Below are positions 58,201-64,000 of a stretch of DNA of 64,000 nucleotides, piece by piece. A model generated the notes under the pieces. It was given only the letters and a program-made list of their open reading frames with translations, searched no databases and was not told where the DNA came from. The stretch comes from an uncultured Acidobacteriota bacterium (GTDB taxonomy: Bacteria > Acidobacteriota > Blastocatellia > RBC074), in the NCBI GenBank assembly GCA_963796275.1, contig CAWCKY010000001.1:1056001-1120000 (forward strand), read 5' to 3'. Made by a program: the position numbers and the translations under genes. The first letter of the stretch is position 1. Each line of letters opens with the position of its first letter.

Positions 58201-58807
58201 CACAACGATCCCGGCCTAAATCACGAGATCCTCGAAGAGTTCCAGAAGCTCGGATATCCGGTCTTCACCATGGATTCGTCTGCCGATGGATGACGACATC
58301 CTTTGGCGATTGTTCGGCGACGATGTGCGCGCCGGAATCATCAAGCATCCGATGGATATTCAGGATGCGTGGAAGAACTCATATTCGGAGAATACCAGCC
58401 GCAAGGTCTGGGCGGCCAAATACACGGCGCGCCATCCTAATCTGGTCGCGCTCGAGTTGTCTTCGTTCAAGTGCGGTCACGACGCGCCGATTTACACGGT
58501 AGTCGAAGAGACCGTTCAGAATTCGGGCACGCCGTATTTCTGCTTCAAGGATATCGATGAGAACAAGCCGACCGGCTCGATCAAGATTCGCGTCGAGACA
58601 ATCGGTTATTTCCTCAAGCGATATCGCGAGGACATGATCAAGAACAAAAATAAAGTGAAGACGCTGGAAGATCGCATGGCCGAGTACGAGCGGATGCTGC
58701 GACTGCAGCTGGAATTGGAAGAGAAGACCCAAGCATCAGAGTTTGGTAAATCGCTTCCGGTGCTGCCGGTGAATGTCTCGAACGAGCATCACATCGGAGC
58801 CGATTGA
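55265..58807 (+). CDS. Two BadF/BadG/BcrA/BcrD ATPase domains plus DUF2229-like reductase (PlsA/Ger-like); about 8 frameshifts
   Basis: GLDVGSTTVK..ELGGQD..KCAGGTG; GLDGGSTSTK..DVGGQD..QCSAGNG..GCAVF; CYFCKNKC; GIPR..PCFP..CP; RPYH; SFKCG. Confidence 0.82.
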
Positions 58808-58811
58808 GGCC

Positions 58812-58878
58812 TGTTTTCAGTTTTTTCAGCGGGCCTTGGTTTTGAAACTGAAAACTGAAAACTGAAAACTGAAACTTT
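58812..58878. repeat. GAAAACT heptamer repeats with an inverted partner (hairpin/terminator-like)
   Basis: GTTTTCAG repeats followed by GAAAACT tandem copies. Confidence 0.7.
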
Positions 58879-58884
58879 TTGGGT

Positions 58885-59160
58885 ATGCGTGAATCGGAAA
58901 AAGTCATGTTCCAGATCTATCGTGAAGCGAGCTACAACCGCCGCTACAAGGTGGTCTACTTCACTGAGCTGAATGAACATAACAAAGAGACGGAGATTAA
59001 TCGCGCGATGGCCGGCGACCATTATTTCGATGGCTTTCTCAAGGGGAATCACAAAGAGGAAGCCAAGGCCGTTATTGATCTGGTGCTCGCTCGCCTCAAC
59101 AACGGCGAGGCGGTTCGCCCCGATGAGATAGAGAGGGAGTTGGATGGTTACCTTGCCTGA
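58885..59160 (+). CDS. Small hypothetical protein within the cluster
   Basis: Co-oriented ~91-aa ORF (MRESEKVMFQIYRE..VYFTEL..FDGFL) with protein-like composition. Confidence 0.7.
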   Translation: MRESEKVMFQIYREASYNRRYKVVYFTELNEHNKETEINRAMAGDHYFDGFLKGNHKEEAKAVIDLVLARLNNGEAVRPDEIERELDGYLA

Positions 59161-59303
59161 ATCAGGACGGGACAGGTAGTTGTTGTAAGCATTCATCCTT
59201 GAAGCCATTAGAGTCATTCATGTCGTCGCAGACGACATACAGATAACGATGCCAGCTACTGGGAGCAAGCGCTAGCAGTAGTTGCAGAGGAGCTAAAACA
59301 GAT

Positions 59304-61397
59304 ATGCATAAACCTATAAAATATTTTGAAAAGGGCCTGACATACGCGGCGGGGGCAGCCTGGGCCGTGTTTGAACGACTCAATAGCATCAGGCCGAACC
59401 CTTCGTTCACTCCGAAATGGTCCGACAAGCCGCTGCTCAAATCCTGGCAGAAAACCAAGCCCACCCTCGGCTGGCCGCGCACTACTGACAGCCTTTGTCC
59501 GAAATGCATCCCCGAGATCCGTCAAAAGATCCTCGACGGTGACATACCGGTGGACATCCTGCGTAATGATAGAGTAGGCGAGATTAAGGCTCAGATAGTT
59601 GAGCGCGATGGCAAGATCCTCATGATCAAGGATTGTCCGGTCCATGGCCATTTCGAAGATGTGATGTCGATCGATCCGACGATGTTTCGCCATCTTGAAG
59701 AAGCCTTCCCCGGTCGCGATATTCGGGCGCACAACGACGAGAAGCTCCACGATCACGGATCGAGCACGATCCAACACGGCCGCGGCGCGGTGCTGACCAT
59801 CGACCTGACCAACCGCTGCAATATGATGTGCGATCCGTGCTTTATGGACGCGAATCAGGTCGGCTTCGTCCACGAGCTGAGCTGGGAAGAGATCAAGACG
59901 ATGCTCGATAACGCCATCTCGATCAAGCCGCGCCGCCAGCTATCGGTGCAGTTCTCGGGAGGCGAACCGACTCTCTCGCCCCACTTCCTCGACGCCATCA
60001 GATACTCGCGCGAAGTGGGTTACAACAGCGTCCAGTCGGCGACCAATGGGATCGAATTCGCCAAGAGCAAAGAGTTCTGCCGCAAGGCTGCCGAGGCGGG
60101 ACTGCGTTATGCCTATCTTCAGTTCGACGGCATCGGCAATGCCGCCAACAGCCACCGCAAGGTCGGCAACCTTTTTGATGTGAAGCTGCAGGCGATCCAG
60201 AACCTTCACGAGGCCGGCGTCGAGGTGGTCCCGGTCACGACGATCGTCAATGGGATCAATAATGAACAGGTTGGGCGCATCATCGAATTCGCGCTCGACA
60301 ACCCGAAGATCATCTCACTCTGCTCCTTCCAGCCTGTTTCATTCACCGGCCGCGACGAAGAAATCACGGATGAGCGGAGACACGCTCAGCGTTACACGCT
60401 CTCGCACCTGGCGCACGATGTTAAGAAACAAACGGGGCTGGGCGAACCCGTTCGCGACTGGTTCCCGATCTCGTTCATGGGCACATTTTCGGATTGGGCC
60501 GATCTCGTGCACGGGCCGGATCATGATTGGGGCCAGTTGAGCTGCGGTTGCCATCCGAATTGCGGCGTCGGCATGGCCGTCATGGTCGATAAGCAGACGA
60601 AAGAGGCCGCACCGCTCACTGCTTTCTTGAACATAGACCGGTTGGCTAAAGATGTGCAAAAGGTCAATGACGCGGGCCGCGGTAAATTTCTGTCGGTTCT
60701 AGGTATGGCGCTGGCCGTCGCGAAAAATTACGATCCCTTCAAGGCGACCACGCACTTTCATCTGTGGAGCCTGCTCATGAAATTCGACAAGGGGTTCGGC
60801 GCGAGCGGGCGTAATTACGGCAATGTCAATGGAAATCGAACGATGGAGGACATCGAGAAGCGGCGCAGCGACCGCTGGAACATTCTCTTCCTCGCCGGGA
60901 TGTGGTTCCAGGATCTCTTTAACTACGATTTCCGACGCACTGAAATGTGTATCATCCCTTACGCGACGCAAGAGGGCGAGATCAGTTTCTGCGCGTATAA
61001 CACCGGCGTCGGCTGGCGGCAAATCGTCGAGAAGATGCATATGACCGCGACGCTGACCAAATGGTACGAAGAACACGGGCGCCACGAGATTTTCGCGGGC
61101 GGGAAGAGCGTCAATCTCAATGCCGTCGATCATAAGATGTTGCTTCGCGAAGAACTGATAACTCAGGATGTTCAGCACGATCTCGACCGACTTGGTATCG
61201 CCAAGAATTCCCGCGAAGAGCAGATCAAAGCGCGCGCTGAGAAGCTGCGCCAGCAAAAAGAGAACGAGCGCATGGCGCAACTCTATCGCCAGCACATCTT
61301 GAAAGAGCCGGAAGAAGAGAAGCCGAAGCTGGTGCAGATCGAAATGGGCGGTAAGCCCAAGGTCAGCGAGGAAGTCGCTTCAGTTTCAGGAGATTGA
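59304..61397 (+). CDS. Radical SAM enzyme, Tes/GDGT-MAS (MJ0619)-like family
   Basis: Rubredoxin-like SLCPKC..KDCPVHG; CNMMCDPC; FSGGEPT; YLQFDG; FQPVS; CHPNCG; C..SFCAYN. Confidence 0.8.
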   Translation: MHKPIKYFEKGLTYAAGAAWAVFERLNSIRPNPSFTPKWSDKPLLKSWQKTKPTLGWPRTTDSLCPKCIPEIRQKILDGDIPVDILRNDRVGEIKAQIVERDGKILMIKDCPVHGHFEDVMSIDPTMFRHLEEAFPGRDIRAHNDEKLHDHGSSTIQHGRGAVLTIDLTNRCNMMCDPCFMDANQVGFVHELSWEEIKTMLDNAISIKPRRQLSVQFSGGEPTLSPHFLDAIRYSREVGYNSVQSATNGIEFAKSKEFCRKAAEAGLRYAYLQFDGIGNAANSHRKVGNLFDVKLQAIQNLHEAGVEVVPVTTIVNGINNEQVGRIIEFALDNPKIISLCSFQPVSFTGRDEEITDERRHAQRYTLSHLAHDVKKQTGLGEPVRDWFPISFMGTFSDWADLVHGPDHDWGQLSCGCHPNCGVGMAVMVDKQTKEAAPLTAFLNIDRLAKDVQKVNDAGRGKFLSVLGMALAVAKNYDPFKATTHFHLWSLLMKFDKGFGASGRNYGNVNGNRTMEDIEKRRSDRWNILFLAGMWFQDLFNYDFRRTEMCIIPYATQEGEISFCAYNTGVGWRQIVEKMHMTATLTKWYEEHGRHEIFAGGKSVNLNAVDHKMLLREELITQDVQHDLDRLGIAKNSREEQIKARAEKLRQQKENERMAQLYRQHILKEPEEEKPKLVQIEMGGKPKVSEEVASVSGD

Positions 61398-61568
61398 GTC
61401 ATCTCCAGGTGAGTTACAAAAAGTTCTTGACGAGGTTTGTTCTGATTTATGCCCGTGTTTTTGGGGCTTCGAGTTGAACTAACCAGCTTTTAAACTCACT
61501 TCCAGAGTATTTTTTGGGATTTATTACACAACCAACTTGCTATCGAGAACAGGAAAGGAGCACTAGGC

Positions 61569-62858
61569 ATGCTTGAAGAAGCGGGCGTAGACAATCAGGC
61601 AACACAGGCGCCATCGACACCGACTTATAGAGTCGATGTTCCGCTCTATACGCTCTTGCAAAAGACATCTGCCGGCAGATCGACATTGCCGCAGAGGGAT
61701 GAACCGGCGACTCTTCCGGATCCGGTCTTCCCCATGTTAACCAGGACCACGGACCTCAAGCGATCGGGGTTCATTTATCACGCCAATAATGGCGTGCGCG
61801 CCTTCCGGCGCTGGATGGTTCCATACATCCAATCGCGCATCTATGCCGATGAGTTCCGGCCATTGCTTTCGTACCTCTTCACTGAATGGAAGTGCAATCT
61901 CGATTGCCATTACTGCTGGTCGTACAATAACAACATCAAAGGAATGTCGGAGGATGTTGCCCGCCGTTCCATCGACTGGCTGCATTCGGTCGGCTGTCGC
62001 GTAATCGCGATCATGGGCGGCGAGCCGCTTCTGCGGCCGAAGTTCATTCACAAGATCGTCTATTACGGAACGAAGCGCGGATTCTTTGTTTATCTGCCGA
62101 CAAACGGTAGATTGATGAAGCCCGAGGTGACCGATTGGCTGGGCGATGCGGGCGTCGCCGCGATCAACTTCGCCGTCGATTGCGTGGACGAGAAGCCGGG
62201 TCTGCCCAAAATACTCAACAAAATCAGGTCTAATTTCGACTATCTGGTCAAGGTTCAACGGAAATACGGCTACATGATGGTCTTCAACATCAACATCTGC
62301 CGTAACAACATGGATGACGTCAAAGAGCTGACGGAGATCGCGCACGACAACGGTATCTCGACCGATTATCACATCAACGAGACGCCGATGCTCGAGCAGG
62401 ATCACTTCAAGCACTATAATGACAATCCCACTTATCTGCGGCCGGAAGATTTTCCGAAGGTCGATGAGCTGCTCGATTACCTGATCGACAAGAACAAGCA
62501 GGGCTACATCATGGTCAACTCCAAGGCGCACCTGGAGCGTATGAAACTCTTCATGCGCGGCCACGTCGAGCCGTGGAATTGCCGGGCGGGCCATAATTCG
62601 CTGATCATTCGCACCGACGGAACGCTCGCGCCGTGCTTCCCGATGTACTCCGCGACCGTGGACTGGGGTACCATCGAGAATCATAAGTTCGATAATAAAC
62701 AGCTCGACGTGATGAAGAAGGACTGCGTCAAGCATTGCCTCTCGACGTGCCAGTATGTGCTCGGTCATTACTATAACAACCAGACCGTTCTGCGCTGGAT
62801 CGTCAAACAGGCATTGCATGGCATGAGCGGTAATACCACGGCTATAGCGCAAACGTAA
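61569..62858 (+). CDS. Radical SAM protein with C-terminal SPASM/twitch-like cysteines
   Basis: CNLDCHYC, GGEP, TNG, CRAG..PC..CVKHCLSTC. Confidence 0.88.
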   Translation: MLEEAGVDNQATQAPSTPTYRVDVPLYTLLQKTSAGRSTLPQRDEPATLPDPVFPMLTRTTDLKRSGFIYHANNGVRAFRRWMVPYIQSRIYADEFRPLLSYLFTEWKCNLDCHYCWSYNNNIKGMSEDVARRSIDWLHSVGCRVIAIMGGEPLLRPKFIHKIVYYGTKRGFFVYLPTNGRLMKPEVTDWLGDAGVAAINFAVDCVDEKPGLPKILNKIRSNFDYLVKVQRKYGYMMVFNINICRNNMDDVKELTEIAHDNGISTDYHINETPMLEQDHFKHYNDNPTYLRPEDFPKVDELLDYLIDKNKQGYIMVNSKAHLERMKLFMRGHVEPWNCRAGHNSLIIRTDGTLAPCFPMYSATVDWGTIENHKFDNKQLDVMKKDCVKHCLSTCQYVLGHYYNNQTVLRWIVKQALHGMSGNTTAIAQT

Positions 62859-63054
62859 TAAATCGAGAATACGTCGATTTCAACTAGATGAATGTCAAGA
62901 CAAGCCACAGAGCCGCAGAGACGCTGAGAAGGAAAATAGGGGATAGTCGGTCGGGCTATCTCGATGGTTTTATCTTCACCGTGTCTCTGTGCTACTGTGG
63001 CTTATTCTTGGTATCCACCCAAATTAATTAATAGTTCGGTCAAAGGAGGGATGG

Positions 63055-64000
63055 ATGAAAGTTGCTGATGTATTTCGTGGTTGGGGACGTATTCTGAGCG
63101 GATATCGACCGATGCTGTCGATCGAAATTACGCGCGAGTGTCCTCTACGCTGTCCGGGATGTTACGCATACCAGCCGGAGCATTTGGGGGATGTCGGACC
63201 GCTCCGATCGCTGGCGGACTACAAGGGGCAGGAGTTGATCGATAGAGTACTTGAGCTGGTGCGCCGGCATCGTCCGCTCCATCTTTCGATTGTGGGCGGC
63301 GAGCCTTTAGTGCGGTTCAGGGAATTGAACGAATTGCTGCCTCGACTGGATGAGATGGGTATCGAGATCCAGCTCGTCACAAGCGCGGTCAGGCAAATAC
63401 CGCCGGAATGGACGAAGATCAAGGGGTTGCACCTGGTCGTATCGATTGACGGCCTGCAACCGGACCACGACCGCAGGCGCAAGCCGGCTACTTACGACAA
63501 GATCGTGCAGAATATAGTGGGACACTCTATCATCGTTCATTGCACGATTACCCATCAGATGATGGTAAAAAATAATGCAGGAGAGAAGTACTTCGAAGAG
63601 TTCCTCTCTTTCTGGTCGGCGCGCCCTGAAGTTCGGAAGGTCTGGTTCAGTATCTTTACTCCTCAAATAGGAGAAGAAGCCGAAGAGATATTATCGCCGG
63701 AGGAGAGATCGTCGGTATTGGCTGAGATAGCGCGACTGCGGCCGCTCTTCCCCAAACTGTATATGCCGGATGTAATCCTGCAGGGGTATCGCAAGCCTCC
63801 GCAATCTCCGGATGAATGTATCTTCTCGCGCACAACATTGAGCATCACGGCCGACCTGAACAGCCGGATATCTCCGTGCCAGTTCGGCGGAAACCCCGAT
63901 TGTTCACAATGCGGCTGCATAGCATCTGCCGGGTTGGCGGCCATAGGCGAGTATCAATTGTTCGGAATTCTACCGGTGAGGTCGATCTACTTTGCGTCGG
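63055..64000 (+). CDS. Radical SAM protein, truncated by the window edge (absent from the ORF track)
   Basis: AAGGAGG RBS; MKVADVFRGWGRIL..CPLRCPGC..GGEPL..PCQFGGNPDCSQCGC. Confidence 0.88.
   Translation, partial: MKVADVFRGWGRILSGYRPMLSIEITRECPLRCPGCYAYQPEHLGDVGPLRSLADYKGQELIDRVLELVRRHRPLHLSIVGGEPLVRFRELNELLPRLDEMGIEIQLVTSAVRQIPPEWTKIKGLHLVVSIDGLQPDHDRRRKPATYDKIVQNIVGHSIIVHCTITHQMMVKNNAGEKYFEEFLSFWSARPEVRKVWFSIFTPQIGEEAEEILSPEERSSVLAEIARLRPLFPKLYMPDVILQGYRKPPQSPDECIFSRTTLSITADLNSRISPCQFGGNPDCSQCGCIASAGLAAIGEYQLFGILPVRSIYFAS

Noticed and set aside
53198-58807. Benzoyl-CoA reductase or amino-acid fermentation dehydratase operon
   Set aside because: The fused double-activase + DUF2229 architecture and the lack of CoA-transferase or aromatic-degradation genes fit PlsA/PlsR better, though this is not fully excluded.
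62905-63002. Degenerate CACAGAG..CTCTGTG inverted repeat (similar at 31857-31957)
   Set aside because: Too degenerate to define; probably a common intergenic hairpin.

Overview
Bacterial window that looks like Acidobacteriota (Blastocatellia-like), judging from the ADOP permease/PadR arrays and the Oar-type TonB receptor. Many single-base frameshifts suggest long-read indel errors. Four blocks stand out. (1) 1-17 kb: an IS200-type HUH (RAYT-like) transposase inside inverted REP-like clusters with a 118-bp x3 tandem, followed by transport and metabolic genes. (2) 17.5-31.7 kb: an array of duplicated ABC permeases and PadR regulators, with REP-like elements and mobile remnants between them. (3) 34886-43650: an 8.8-kb transposon with ~100-bp TIRs, a 7-bp TSD, one DDE transposase and two secreted cargo genes. 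It splits a permease gene, and a group IIB intron sits inside its right TIR. (4) 49.6-64 kb: a co-oriented cluster encoding an adenylating ligase, an acyl/aldehyde reductase, PlsR/PlsA(Ger)-like reductase-activase genes, a Tes(GDGT-MAS)-like radical SAM enzyme and two more radical SAM enzymes. This is a candidate bacterial ether / membrane-spanning (brGDGT-type) lipid cluster. All family calls come from reading motifs by eye; no database search was run.
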